A stretch of 20,000 nt of DNA from an uncultured virus (IMG/VR IMGVR_UViG_3300013131_000040). Lineage: Duplodnaviria; Heunggongvirae; Uroviricota; Caudoviricetes. The stretch is taken from IMG/VR virus record IMGVR_UViG_3300013131_000040; one strand, given 5' to 3'. Position 1 is the first letter of the stretch. Each line of letters starts with the position of its first letter. Shown here piece by piece: positions 1-7,973 of the stretch. The position numbers were made by a program, and so were the translations under genes. The notes beneath the pieces were generated by a model, which saw only the letters and a list, made by a program, of their open reading frames with translations, was not told where the DNA came from and made no database searches.

Positions 1-22
1 CAGCCTACTTGAAAATCAGGAC

Positions 23-298
23 ATGGAAAATCATATTAGTTCTGAAAAGCTAAATGGCCAGCGGGTCCATGTGCTGTCAGGGCCAGGCAAGATGATTATC
101 ATCACAAAGCATCCACACCATTTTGATATATCTATGAAGTTCGATGGGCGACCAGTAAGAGCTGAACTAGATCTAAATCTAAATATCGTTTCTATTGACT
201 CTGGCAGGTGGTCTCTTAGTGATGAAGATGTGATAAATAAAAGGAATTTCGAGGCAAGGTTTGCAACAATTCTGCCCAAAGGACTAGGATCAGCCTGA
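23..298 (+). CDS. hypothetical protein (91 aa)
   Basis: ORF with AGGA just upstream of the ATG, same strand as neighbours. No recognisable motif. Confidence 0.65.
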   Translation: MENHISSEKLNGQRVHVLSGPGKMIIITKHPHHFDISMKFDGRPVRAELDLNLNIVSIDSGRWSLSDEDVINKRNFEARFATILPKGLGSA

Positions 299-400
299 TC
301 CTTCCGATTAATAAATGCTATTTATGTTCCCATGCCCGGAGCCGGGCGCGAAGCCGCGCCGCTAGGAAAGGTAGCTCAACAGTATTTAAAAAGAGTAACT

Positions 401-871
401 ATGAAGAAGTATGATGCCTTTGTATACTGTACCTTTCCGCCGGAGATAGAGGCGGCCTTTCCGCGCTTTGGCCGTATTGGGAATGACGACTTTACTCCTC
501 CGCATGTATCTGTCATATACTTGCCTGACCTAGAGGAAGGCGAAGTGTTGCGTGCAGCAGCGGCTATTGAAATGATTGCTCAGCGTCTGAAGCCTTTTTC
601 AGCCGAAATCGGAGAACTTGACTGTTTTAAAGGCAAAGACGATAGCGTGCCTTGGTTCGTTCACATTGAAAGCCCGCGCCTGCACGAGCTGCGAGAGGTG
701 ATCAAAGAAGTTTTATCGAACCTTGATATTTCAATTAATGATAAATTCCCCAACTTCGTACCACACGCTACCCTACGTTATCTCCCGCGAGGGGCGGAGT
801 ATAGCGATAATTTGCCGTCTGGCAAATGCCTAATCGATACTCTACATTTTGCATTTAAAGAATCAGAGTAA
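401..871 (+). CDS. 2H phosphoesterase (2'-5' RNA ligase/LigT-like fold)
   Basis: Two HxS/T motifs (PHVSV and PHATL) about 85 aa apart. Start moved to ATG 401 (MKKYD) because the upstream ORF extension runs through a hairpin-rich region. Confidence 0.85.
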   Translation: MKKYDAFVYCTFPPEIEAAFPRFGRIGNDDFTPPHVSVIYLPDLEEGEVLRAAAAIEMIAQRLKPFSAEIGELDCFKGKDDSVPWFVHIESPRLHELREVIKEVLSNLDISINDKFPNFVPHATLRYLPRGAEYSDNLPSGKCLIDTLHFAFKESE

Positions 872-877
872 GTCAGG

Positions 878-911
878 ACGGGTCGGGCCTAAAGCCGGCC
901 CCCGCCGATCC
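878..911 (+). repeat. dispersed 34-bp GC-rich intergenic element, copy 1
   Basis: ACGGGTCGGGCCTAAAGCCGGCCCCCGCCGATCC. 31/34 identical to 8590-8623 and 27/34 identical to 17970-18003. Confidence 0.9.
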
Positions 912-927
912 TGAGGAAAGCGACGAG

Positions 928-1176
928 GTGACGATGCGAACGAAACGCTCGCTTCGCAACTGGATAGAAGACAATCTAATTCCGGGATATTGCTCGATGG
1001 CATCACACCCGAGGGTAACTTGGGAAACCCGTAGTGATGGCGGCAGTTATTGCTACATCCGGTTTGAGGATGCTCTGAGCAAAAGAAATACTCAAGCGCA
1101 ACTACAAGCCGCAGGCTTTGAGGTGCGTTTTGCTTTTTGGCCAGAAGGCCTTCTTGCCGAAATACAGGTAAAGTAA
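928..1176 (+). CDS. hypothetical protein (about 80 aa)
   Basis: ORF directly after repeat copy 1. GAGG/GAGGTG upstream. Start is GTG 928 or ATG 934. Confidence 0.65.
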   Translation: MTMRTKRSLRNWIEDNLIPGYCSMASHPRVTWETRSDGGSYCYIRFEDALSKRNTQAQLQAAGFEVRFAFWPEGLLAEIQVK

Positions 1177-1188
1177 CAGGAGGATGTC

Positions 1189-1431
1189 TTGGAAGAAAAG
1201 TGGATTTCTATCCCGCAGCGCTTTATTGTATACCAGAGCACGGACTCAGACGTCGCTGATCCATATACGGTGGTTTACCCCGACGGAGCCGTATTCCTGT
1301 TCTATGCGCAGCCGCCTCATCGAGCGAGGTTCCTGTGCCGCTACAACAACTTTTCAAAGGATGAAGAAGATGAATTGATTGACCTAGTACCTGAAACAGT
1401 AATGGAAGCAATTATAAACCAGGAAGTATAG
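1189..1431 (+). CDS. hypothetical protein (80 aa)
   Basis: TTG start with strong AGGAGG at 1178-1183. Fills the gap up to the next gene. Confidence 0.7.
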   Translation: MEEKWISIPQRFIVYQSTDSDVADPYTVVYPDGAVFLFYAQPPHRARFLCRYNNFSKDEEDELIDLVPETVMEAIINQEV

Positions 1432-1433
1432 CT

Positions 1434-1730
1434 TTGCAAAACAAGTCTGTATTACGAGAATTGAGAGATGCTGCCCAAGCAGCAGTCGCTGGAAGGCATC
1501 AGGCTGCCACAGAGGAAGAGTTTCCTGAGCTTGGTATTCATGTCAGCCAGTTCGTAGCCCTGGTTTATGAAGCAGCTAAAGAAGGCCTTTGGGAGATCGA
1601 TTGGTCATTTGGCAGCTGCACCGTTGAGCAACTCCAGCGCATTGCCGAGGCAATTAAGCTCGAGCTGTTTGACGTTATGATTATCACAGATACTGGATCC
1701 AAGAAAATCACTGCTTCTTGGCATTCATAA
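1434..1730 (+). CDS. hypothetical protein (98 aa)
   Basis: TTG start 2 nt after the previous stop, with AGGA upstream. Confidence 0.65.
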   Translation: MQNKSVLRELRDAAQAAVAGRHQAATEEEFPELGIHVSQFVALVYEAAKEGLWEIDWSFGSCTVEQLQRIAEAIKLELFDVMIITDTGSKKITASWHS

Positions 1731-1764
1731 AATGTTCATGCCTTAATGGCAGAAAGACCGAGAT

Positions 1765-2124
1765 ATGACACAGTTTGATGGTAACTATGATCGTGACAAG
1801 CTTGCTACCGTAGAGGACATCGTTGCCCTTACCGGCAAGCCAGTTCTCCTTGTGAACAAGGCTCTTAAGGACGCTGGTCTTGTATCAGCTGGCCATGTGC
1901 GTACTGGTCGGGTTGGCAAGCCGCCCCGTCTTTTTGACCGCGCAGAATTCCTTGCTGCTATCGCGGCCTACGAGGATCGGCGCAATACTCTGCGAGCTGC
2001 TCGTGCATCAGCCCGCACTCGTTCAGTTACTGCTGCTCCGGTAGTTGTAACAACTGTACCGCCGCCTGCCAATGATGATGAGGCCGCTCAGGCATCACCG
2101 GCTGCGGTTGTTTTTGGTGATTGA
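1765..2124 (+). CDS. putative winged-helix/HTH DNA-binding protein with a low-complexity tail
   Basis: TVEDIVALTG...VNKAL...GLV...GRVGKPPRLF resembles a wHTH with a G-x-P wing. Arg/Ala-rich then Pro/Ala-rich tail. Visibly T-ending codon bias (GCT, CTT, GTT). Confidence 0.5.
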   Translation: MTQFDGNYDRDKLATVEDIVALTGKPVLLVNKALKDAGLVSAGHVRTGRVGKPPRLFDRAEFLAAIAAYEDRRNTLRAARASARTRSVTAAPVVVTTVPPPANDDEAAQASPAAVVFGD

Positions 2125-2154
2125 GGGCATTAGCCCATTTGAAAGGAAATAAGC

Positions 2155-2388
2155 ATGGAACTGTCTAAAAAGAATCTTCTTGTTGCTGCCGGTGTCGTTG
2201 TTGCAGCTGTCGTCGGCGTTACTCTCTTTAACGTTGTGCAGGATCTTGGCTCTGATCCCGTAGTTGTAGAGGAGGATGTCGCTGGCGACGCTCCTGCTAC
2301 TGAGCCTGCTGCCGAGGCTGCTGCTGGGACTGCCGGTGAAGGCGAGGGCGAGACTGCTGCCGGGACTGATGCTGGCGTCGCTGAGTGA
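2155..2388 (+). CDS. small membrane-anchored protein with an acidic Ala/Glu/Gly tail
   Basis: KK followed by hydrophobic LLVAAGVVVAAVVGVTLF, then a low-complexity acidic region. AAGGA RBS. Confidence 0.7.
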   Translation: MELSKKNLLVAAGVVVAAVVGVTLFNVVQDLGSDPVVVEEDVAGDAPATEPAAEAAAGTAGEGEGETAAGTDAGVAE

Positions 2389-2395
2389 GGCCGGC

Positions 2396-2428
2396 GGAGC
2401 CCTGTAGTTTTTTTTACAGGGCTCCTTT
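2396..2428 (+). terminator. probable intrinsic terminator hairpin
   Basis: Perfect 11-bp stem GGAGCCCTGTA (2396-2406) / TACAGGGCTCC (2415-2425), 8-nt loop, short TTT tail, 7 nt after a stop codon. Confidence 0.6.
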
Positions 2429-2447
2429 ACCGATAAAAACTCGGGAA

Positions 2448-2491
2448 TATAATCCTCCTAGCAGCAGGCAGCTGCACTAGGAGGATTTATG
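2448..2491 (+). promoter_or_regulatory. RBS-sequestering hairpin upstream of hsp20, overlapping a TATAAT box
   Basis: AATCCTCCTAG (2451-2461) is the exact reverse complement of CTAGGAGGATT (2477-2487), which contains the SD. TATAAT at 2448-2453. ATG at 2489. Confidence 0.75.
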
Positions 2492-2788
2492 TTTGACTTT
2501 GTTTCTGGTTTTGACAACAACTATCTCGTAGAAAACATCGACGGCACCACTGTTATAAGCATCCCGCTGCCGGGTGTCACAAAAGAAGATCTAGAAATAG
2601 AGGCCGGTCCAGCATCCCTGGATATTCGGGTGACGGCAAATAGGAAGTTCCCATTTCTAAGCAAGCGCAAGTGGCGCTTTACGCACCGCCTTGGCAACCC
2701 CGAAGTTTCTGCCAAGGTAGAAAATGGCGTGCTGGTACTTAAGCTAAGCGAAACTTCGCGGTCAAAATACCGTATTGAAGTCGCATGA
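2489..2788 (+). CDS. small heat-shock protein (Hsp20/alpha-crystallin domain)
   Basis: LPGVTKEDLEIE and AKVENGVLVLKL motifs, C-terminal IxV (RIEVA), strong AGGAGG RBS. Confidence 0.88.
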   Translation: MFDFVSGFDNNYLVENIDGTTVISIPLPGVTKEDLEIEAGPASLDIRVTANRKFPFLSKRKWRFTHRLGNPEVSAKVENGVLVLKLSETSRSKYRIEVA

Positions 2789-2797
2789 AAGGCAAGA

Positions 2798-3727
2798 ATG
2801 CTCGGAGTATGCTGTCAGTGGCTTGAAGAAAAGAAGACTAAAACTGGCTCAAAGTTCGTTAACAAAATTGGCGAGCGAGCTTTGCAGCTAGGGCGATTCC
2901 AGGCCGGAGAGTATAGCGCCGAGCATATTCGCAGTGTTTGGCTTGGTAATATCGCTGGCATTTCTGCAATTACGCGCGACTTGCGGGATTCAGGAGTGGG
3001 GCTGTTTCGAGTAGGCAGCACGCTCCTGCCCCTGTTCGATAAGGTTGCAGAAGATGCGCGCTACAGTGAACTGGTAGGCGAAGCAATCACCGCTCTGCAA
3101 TCAGCCCAATCTGCTTTCGCAGGCCTGCGCCTAACTATGCATCCCGGCCAGTTTGTAGTGCTTAATTCCGATTCTGATACCGTAGTACAAAATTCTATCA
3201 GGGAACTGACTTATCACGCCATGGTTATGGACAATCTTGGCGCTGCCCTTAGTACCAATTTTGCAATAAATATTCACGGCGGCAAACGCGGCTCTCCAGA
3301 TCGCCTACTTCGTGGCATTGACGCTCTGCCACACAATGTGCGATCACGCTTGACCCTCGAAAATGATGAGAACTGCTGGTCAGTAGCAGACCTGATGCCA
3401 ATTAGCGCAGCATCTGGGGTACCCATCCTTTTTGATTCTCATCATCATGTATTCAATGACGGCGGTATGAGTGGCGAGGAGGCAATGCTTGCAGCGGCCT
3501 CTACCTGGCCGGCTGGCATACTTCCGCTACAACATCTTAGCAACACAGAGCCAGGCCTTGAAGGCGGCAACTTTACCGAGCGCCGAGCACATAGTTGGGC
3601 GATCCATACGATCCCCGATTACCAGAAGGCTTATTATGCCGCTGGAAAGTGCGACATCGAAATGGAATGCAAAGGCAAAAATCTCGGATTTATCCCCCAT
3701 CTTGATAAGCTAAGTATTCGTATATGA
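2798..3727 (+). CDS. uvsE: UV DNA damage repair endonuclease (UvsE/UVDE)
   Basis: RLTMHPGQFVVLNS, INIHGG, LTLENDE, LFDSHHH, QHLS, RAHS and DIEMECKGKN motifs of the UVDE TIM-barrel family. Confidence 0.95.
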   Translation: MLGVCCQWLEEKKTKTGSKFVNKIGERALQLGRFQAGEYSAEHIRSVWLGNIAGISAITRDLRDSGVGLFRVGSTLLPLFDKVAEDARYSELVGEAITALQSAQSAFAGLRLTMHPGQFVVLNSDSDTVVQNSIRELTYHAMVMDNLGAALSTNFAINIHGGKRGSPDRLLRGIDALPHNVRSRLTLENDENCWSVADLMPISAASGVPILFDSHHHVFNDGGMSGEEAMLAAASTWPAGILPLQHLSNTEPGLEGGNFTERRAHSWAIHTIPDYQKAYYAAGKCDIEMECKGKNLGFIPHLDKLSIRI

Positions 3728-4119
3728 AGCTGGCAGACCTGCTGTTCAGGGATCTTAAGCTATTTATCGACACATTTACTGCCCCAGAACACGCAGATGA
3801 GCTGTACGCGGCAGTAAGCGGTGCTCAGATGAATAGGTGGGGAGTGGCTGAGCCCGGAGAGGGCGGCAGGATCGCCATCGGGGTAGATAAAGATGGCACA
3901 ATAGTCACTCCCAACTTCATCAAGTCAGAGCCATCTACCTGGGTAGTATTTTTCTCTTTTTTTAGCAACGGCGATAACCCAGACTTGGCGAAAGTTACCC
4001 TGTCTTTTCCGGCGTTTTACTGGGCCTCGAACTACGAAGGAACAGTTAATTCTGGCATAGAGGTACCGCTACGGTTAGATGACGGTAGGCTAGAACTGAT
4101 CAAGGCTGCCGGCAAATAG
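3724..4119 (+). CDS. hypothetical protein (131 aa)
   Basis: ATGA overlap with the uvsE stop, suggesting translational coupling. Confidence 0.7.
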   Translation: MKLADLLFRDLKLFIDTFTAPEHADELYAAVSGAQMNRWGVAEPGEGGRIAIGVDKDGTIVTPNFIKSEPSTWVVFFSFFSNGDNPDLAKVTLSFPAFYWASNYEGTVNSGIEVPLRLDDGRLELIKAAGK

Positions 4120-4545
4120 TGGGCTTTCGTAACTGCGTATCTTCTTGATTATATTAAGTATACGCCCCGGACGTTTGAGAGCAGCTGCCTGTGCTTCAAA
4201 AAGGCGCAGTACGAACTCGTAAACTTCCAACACAGTCCCAGTGGGTAGCATTTCCCCTTCGCTACAAAAATCAGCCATTGTGATCTGTTGTTTATTGCCA
4301 TTGGGCCAGCTGGCAACTTCGCAGAAAAGCAGTCGGCTGTTGGCGTTTTGGAGGCAGCGGATGATCCGGCGGTTGTTAACCCAGATTTCCAGCACCATGA
4401 TCTTGCTGCCATCGACTGGCTTATCCCCGTCCATCCAGTAGCTGTAGTTGCGAAACTTGGTTATAAATGCAGCCCCCTGGCCCGCACAAGCAATATTCAA
4501 ACGGATGCCAAGATTGCTAAGCTTCACAACCTTCTCTATTTTCAT
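4090..4545 (-). CDS. hypothetical protein (about 151 aa), counter-oriented
   Basis: Longest ORF covering the gap from 4120 to 4628. Likely start ATG 4545 (MKIEK). Its 3' end overlaps the upstream + gene by 30 nt. Confidence 0.55.
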   Translation of the reverse strand: MKIEKVVKLSNLGIRLNIACAGQGAAFITKFRNYSYWMDGDKPVDGSKIMVLEIWVNNRRIIRCLQNANSRLLFCEVASWPNGNKQQITMADFCSEGEMLPTGTVLEVYEFVLRLFEAQAAALKRPGRILNIIKKIRSYESPLFAGSLDQF

Positions 4546-4628
4546 GCCTGGATTATCTGCACTGTCGTCTGGCTTAAATGCTGCCCGGTGTAAAGCCTGT
4601 GCACACAGCAATGCGGAGCACAACAAAA

Positions 4629-6473
4629 ATGGCTAAAAGCAAAGAGTACAACTCAAATTCCATTCAGGTCCTAGATGATATCGCACACATCCGACTGCGG
4701 CCAGGCCTGTACGTAGGGGGTGCGAATGCCACCGGGCATTTCATCATCTTAAAGGAAATCATCGACAATGGCATCGATGAGGCCATAGGTGGCCATGCTG
4801 ATCGCATTTCAGTAAAGATCTCTGATGACTGCCGCAGCGCAGAGGTGTTTGATAACGGTCGCGGAATCCCACACGAGAAGCATCCCAAGACCGGCCTGAG
4901 CACCCTTGCTACCGTATTTGGCACAGCCAAGTCGGGCGGCAAGTTTGATAACGACACCTATGGTACATCGGTAGGCACACACGGTGTAGGCTCTACTGCC
5001 ACAAACGCTCTGTCTGAGAGCTTTTATGCAGAATCATACCGTGGTCGAAAAATGGCATCGGTAGAGTTCTCTCGCGGCAAGATGCTGGGCCGTGATGCAA
5101 AAATAGGCGATAATCCGACAAAAATAAAGCACGGCACGCTTGTTCGCTTTACCCCTGATTATCGAGAGGTATTCAAGGACGTATCTGGTTTTAATCTCGC
5201 TGAAGTTCGTGGTCGCCTGACTGATGCGGCACACCTGTTGCCCAAAACAAAGATCTCGCTATCGCACGGTGGTACGCTCGAAGATTTTCCTTGCAAGGGC
5301 GTGGCCGGCATCCTTGGCGACGAAAGCGCTTACTCTACTGCCTTTGATGTAGAGGTCGATGTAGGCGGGGAAAAGAAGACTGCAAGCGTTTCAGTGGCTT
5401 GGAAATGGGCCAACGAAGGTCGTTCGGTTTCTCTGGTCAATCTTAGTCGTACAGCCGATGGCGGTCAACATGCATCGGGCTGGGAAAGCGCGCTAGTAGA
5501 CTTCCTGCTCGAACGCTGCAAAAACAAGTGCTCGGCCAAAGAAATCACTGAAAACTTGCAGTACGCCCTGCACATCTCCCACCCGAACCCACAGTTTTCC
5601 TCACAGACAAAAGAGAAGCTGATTAACAAGGGACTGGGCAAGAGCATTGCTGATGCAGCGGTCCCACAGCTTAAGAGCTGGGCGCGGAAAAATGCCGCAA
5701 CTGTTGATGCTTTTCTGGCTAATGCAGTCACCGCATACGAGCAGCGTCAGGCTCAGAAAGATCTAAAGGCCGCACTCAAAGATCTTAAGACCACTAAGCG
5801 TTCTAGCCGCGGCATTTTGCCTGACAAGTTATTCGAGGCGGACTGCAAGCCATATCTCCGCGAGCTTTATTTAGTGGAGGGCGACAGCGCAGCCGGTTCT
5901 GCCGTTAAGGGCAGGGACGCATCTTACCAGGAAATCCTGCCCCTAAAGGGCAAGATCCTTAACGTCTTCAAGGCTTCCGAGGCTGATGCAATCGCCAATG
6001 ACGAGATCGCCGCAATTGTTGCATCCGTAGGCGGTGGCTTTGGCTCTAAGTTTAATATCGGGGATGTGCGCATAGGCAAGCTCATAATCCTATCTGACTC
6101 TGATCACGACGGTCATCATATCAGTAGTCTGATCATCGGACTATTTGCCAAGTATATGCCAGGACTGCTTGAGCGTGGAATGATCTACTCCGTAGACGCG
6201 CCACTTTTCAAGGCTTCGCTGCCAGGTACGCGGCAACGCTGGTTTGGACATACAATGGACGATGTGCGGGCAAAGGCCGGCAAACACTTCAGCAAATGCG
6301 ACGTGACAAGACTAAAGGGCCACGGCGAAGCTAATCCTGATGAAGTTGGAGAATACGCAATGAGCAGCACTCGCCGCCTTATCCAGCTGAACTGGAGCAA
6401 GACCGACGTAGAAGAAATCCTTAGAATCATGGGCGATGATATTGCGGGCCGCAAAGAACTGCTGGGGATCTGA
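4629..6473 (+). CDS. type IIA DNA topoisomerase subunit B (GyrB/ParE-like)
   Basis: IRLRPGLYVG, EIIDNGIDE, DNGRGIP, GGKF...HGVG (GHKL ATPase). VEGDSA, PLKGKILN, SDSDHDG, RLKGHGE (TOPRIM). Start ATG 4629 with GGAG RBS. Confidence 0.96.
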   Translation: MAKSKEYNSNSIQVLDDIAHIRLRPGLYVGGANATGHFIILKEIIDNGIDEAIGGHADRISVKISDDCRSAEVFDNGRGIPHEKHPKTGLSTLATVFGTAKSGGKFDNDTYGTSVGTHGVGSTATNALSESFYAESYRGRKMASVEFSRGKMLGRDAKIGDNPTKIKHGTLVRFTPDYREVFKDVSGFNLAEVRGRLTDAAHLLPKTKISLSHGGTLEDFPCKGVAGILGDESAYSTAFDVEVDVGGEKKTASVSVAWKWANEGRSVSLVNLSRTADGGQHASGWESALVDFLLERCKNKCSAKEITENLQYALHISHPNPQFSSQTKEKLINKGLGKSIADAAVPQLKSWARKNAATVDAFLANAVTAYEQRQAQKDLKAALKDLKTTKRSSRGILPDKLFEADCKPYLRELYLVEGDSAAGSAVKGRDASYQEILPLKGKILNVFKASEADAIANDEIAAIVASVGGGFGSKFNIGDVRIGKLIILSDSDHDGHHISSLIIGLFAKYMPGLLERGMIYSVDAPLFKASLPGTRQRWFGHTMDDVRAKAGKHFSKCDVTRLKGHGEANPDEVGEYAMSSTRRLIQLNWSKTDVEEILRIMGDDIAGRKELLGI

Positions 6474-6475
6474 AA

Positions 6476-7939
6476 ATGGCTACAAAGAAAAAAGAACAAC
6501 GTGCAGCCGCCCCTAGTCAGTCGGTGGTAGTGGGACAATCAGCGGTTGACTTCGTCAAGCGCGCCATGAAGCACTATGGCGACGAGGTAATCCAAAACCG
6601 CGCTCTGCCCCGGCTAGAGGATGGTCTAAAGCCAATCCAGCGCCTGCTGCTCTGGAGCTGCATTGACCTGAATACTGCGAAGTTTATTAAGTCCGCGAAG
6701 ATTACCGGTCACTGTATCGCCTCCTACTCACCACACGGCGAGGTTGCCGCCTACGGCTCCCTAGTGGGCATGGTCAACGAGCGCCACCCTCTTATCGAGG
6801 GTCAGGGCAACTTTGGCGGAGCAACTACAGAGGCGGCCAGTGCTCGTTATACTGAGAGCCGGGTACATCCTCTGGCTCGACGCATGATCACCGATCTGCC
6901 GGATCTTGCAAGCGTTCCATACGAGAAGAATTACGACGATACAAAGGATCAGCCGCGTTACCTGCCGAGCGTGCTGCCGATGCTCCTGCTCAACTCAAGC
7001 ACCGGTATTGCCATGGCGATTACCAGCAAGTTTCCGGGATTTAATATCCTAGAGGTTGCCGCAGCAGTTCTTGATTATCTAGCAAAAGGAGATGAGGGCA
7101 AGGCTACTAAGCATATTCGGGCGCCAGACGGCTTCGGCTGCAATCTACTTAGCTCCAAGAGTGATGTAGAAGCCCTGCTGAAAACCGGCATCGGCCAGCT
7201 TACTTATGAATGTGCACATCGCCTTGAGAAGAAGGGTGATCGCAAGCTGCTGCTGGTAACTGGCTATGCTCCAGAGTTTAGCGTATCAGGCTTCCTAAGC
7301 AAATGCGCAGAGTTACAGGATGAAGGAGTAATCGAAGCCACTCGTAATGAGACTTCTGGCGCGAATGGTGATCGGATCGTCATTGAATACAAGGACGACT
7401 CGGCTTACGAAAAAATCCGCAAACTTCTACGCAAAAAGGTTAGCTACCGCATGAACTGCCTTTACGAGGAAGGGGAGTCGCTCGTTCCTCGGGCAGTAGG
7501 CGTACCGGACGTAATCCGAGACTGGGTAGCCATCCGTCGTCGGATTGTTTGCGCGACTCTTACCGCCAGTATTAAGCAGCAGGATGAAGCACTAAAGAGG
7601 GAGCGGGCCAAGCTAAAGGCTTGCGACAATCTAGATGCGGTATTTGCCGCGCTTAAGGCTGAAGGCGATTTCCACGCCAACCTAAAAGCCCTGGCCGGTC
7701 TTGATGATTACGAGGCAAGCATCATCTGCGATATGCGGGTAGAGGCGCTTAAGAAGACGTCAGCTGATGCGGTGCGAGCCCGGATAACGGGCATGGAAGC
7801 AGAGAAGGCTACAACAGTAAGCGATCTGAATAATGTCGATATTTTTATTTCTAAGCAAATCAAAAGCTTTATGAGCTGGGTAAAGTCGGAATATCCAGAT
7901 CTTCTTGAGCGCAAGACTATTTGGGCTCCGGCTCAGTGA
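6476..7939 (+). CDS. type IIA DNA topoisomerase subunit A (GyrA/ParC-like, no C-terminal pinwheel domain)
   Basis: NRALP..EDGLKPIQR, SPHGE, GQGNFG, AASARYTE (catalytic Tyr), NYD, TGIAMA. Only 487 aa. Confidence 0.95.
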   Translation: MATKKKEQRAAAPSQSVVVGQSAVDFVKRAMKHYGDEVIQNRALPRLEDGLKPIQRLLLWSCIDLNTAKFIKSAKITGHCIASYSPHGEVAAYGSLVGMVNERHPLIEGQGNFGGATTEAASARYTESRVHPLARRMITDLPDLASVPYEKNYDDTKDQPRYLPSVLPMLLLNSSTGIAMAITSKFPGFNILEVAAAVLDYLAKGDEGKATKHIRAPDGFGCNLLSSKSDVEALLKTGIGQLTYECAHRLEKKGDRKLLLVTGYAPEFSVSGFLSKCAELQDEGVIEATRNETSGANGDRIVIEYKDDSAYEKIRKLLRKKVSYRMNCLYEEGESLVPRAVGVPDVIRDWVAIRRRIVCATLTASIKQQDEALKRERAKLKACDNLDAVFAALKAEGDFHANLKALAGLDDYEASIICDMRVEALKKTSADAVRARITGMEAEKATTVSDLNNVDIFISKQIKSFMSWVKSEYPDLLERKTIWAPAQ

Positions 7940-7973
7940 CAGGCATTCAAAATACTTTAGGATAGGTAGGACG

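Noticed and set aside
890..911. Canonical sigma-28 (FliA) promoter call for the repeat
   Set aside because: The boxes resemble TAAA and GCCGAT, but the spacer is 10 nt, not about 15. Kept only as a non-canonical candidate.
2451..2487. CIRCE (HrcA operator) upstream of hsp20
   Set aside because: The inverted repeat does not match TTAGCACTC-N9-GAGTGCTAA. Its arms are the SD and its complement.
4241..4636. Three short + strand ORFs (4241-4441, 4288-4593, 4448-4636)
   Set aside because: They overlap each other, lack RBSs, and are better explained as shadows of the minus-strand ORF 4090-4545. That call is itself only moderately confident.
4629..7939. Intein or intron in the topoisomerase genes, and HNH 9431-9907 as an intron-encoded homing enzyme
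   Set aside because: Both subunits are continuous and of compact length. The HNH ORF overlaps its neighbours directly and does not interrupt a recognisable gene.
4629..7939. gyrA/gyrB or parC/parE gene symbols, implying a cellular chromosome
   Set aside because: The missing CTD, altered motifs and phage-like neighbourhood prevent assigning gyrase versus topo IV orthology.
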